DNA of 64,000 bases from Camelus dromedarius (Eukaryota): the NCBI RefSeq assembly GCF_036321535.1, contig NC_087436.1, positions 73,410,001 through 73,474,000 on the forward strand, in the 5' to 3' direction. The notes under the pieces were generated by a model. It searched no databases. It had not been told where the DNA came from and worked only from the letters and a program-made list of their open reading frames with translations. Of the stretch, positions 63,105 through 64,000 are shown one piece after another; positions within the stretch are counted from its first letter, which is position 1, and each line of letters starts with the position of its first letter. The position numbers were made by a program, and so were the translations under genes.

Positions 63105-64000
63105 CTAAGGGAGCAAACACAAGAATGATAACTATTAAAAGTCATCTTTATTAAATTCCATGAAGTAAATTTTCATAGCCATTCAAATGAAAATAAAGAA
63201 AATACCATTTATCAAAAAGTAATTACAACGGCAAAATAATAAATTCCCAACAACCTCTGTAATCTCCAACATTCGCCATCTCCCCTGTGTCTCTATTTCT
63301 TAATCCCCCTAACCCTCAATACAGGGGGAAGTAGCAGAGTTCTCTTTCTCATTCCCAAGGGAGTCCAGGACCGCATCAAACTATGTAAAAATCTTTTCAC
63401 TCACAGTATCTTTTTCCTTGGGGGACCATTAACTACTACGTTCTTGGATTCCAATGGTTTATTTCTGAAAACTAGAGAGGGCATACATAAGTCAGGACTT
63501 TGAGATTACGTCCATCATGGACAGTACTGACTTTTGTCTTCTTTGTATTCTCTCCTAGGCATTCATTTCACTGTTTCCGAAATGATAATGATTACCATTA
63601 AAAACCAGCAATAGCCTCAATACTCCAGATAATGGTTCTTTACATTTGGTGTATGTCTTTCCAACCTTTCTTTCAATTATTTGTCTAACTACTTGTCAGG
63701 CACTGTTTATAGTAAATAGGATATCTCAGTGAACAAGGTAAGACTCTAGCCCTCAGGAGTTTATACTCTGTCATGGAATATAAAAAAGCAAACAGGGAAC
63801 AGAATGGGTTAGGTGCTATAATAAAGTACCTCTAAGCTGAAATCTCAAAGGTAAGGTCAAGAAAAACAAGTACAAAATAAAAATAGAAACACAGCCTTTC
63901 ATTATTTAGAGTAAATGATTTATGTGTTTATAGGCCCCCCAAAACAGTAAAAATTAAAACATTAGGAATTGGAGAAAAAGGCTGGAATTGGAGAAACTTT

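Overview
This is mammalian genomic DNA, probably camelid: two tRNA-derived SINEs look like the camelid Vic-1 family. It holds two intact, spliced genes, both on the minus strand. G3BP2 has its full CDS here (63080->50887, 11 coding exons, 482 aa) and a ~2.65 kb 3'UTR; its first exon and promoter lie beyond the right edge. CDKL2 (KKIAMRE kinase) is complete, from a CpG-island promoter at ~39.3-40.2 kb to a 3'UTR ending near 9.7 kb, and encodes 571 aa with two optional exons or 494 aa without them. I traced every coding exon by hand: all junctions are GT-AG and the phases add up. The rest is intronic or intergenic DNA with L1, L2, MIR, LTR, hAT, SINE and microsatellite repeats. I found no evidence of a novel multi-gene system. 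The most notable items are a young, TSD-flanked L1 inserted inside the 3' splice-site region of CDKL2 exon 8, a candidate alternative terminal exon of CDKL2, three uORFs and an E2F/tandem-CCAAT promoter at CDKL2, a candidate poison exon in G3BP2, and a strong CTCF-like site. Repeat subfamily names come from recall, not a database search.
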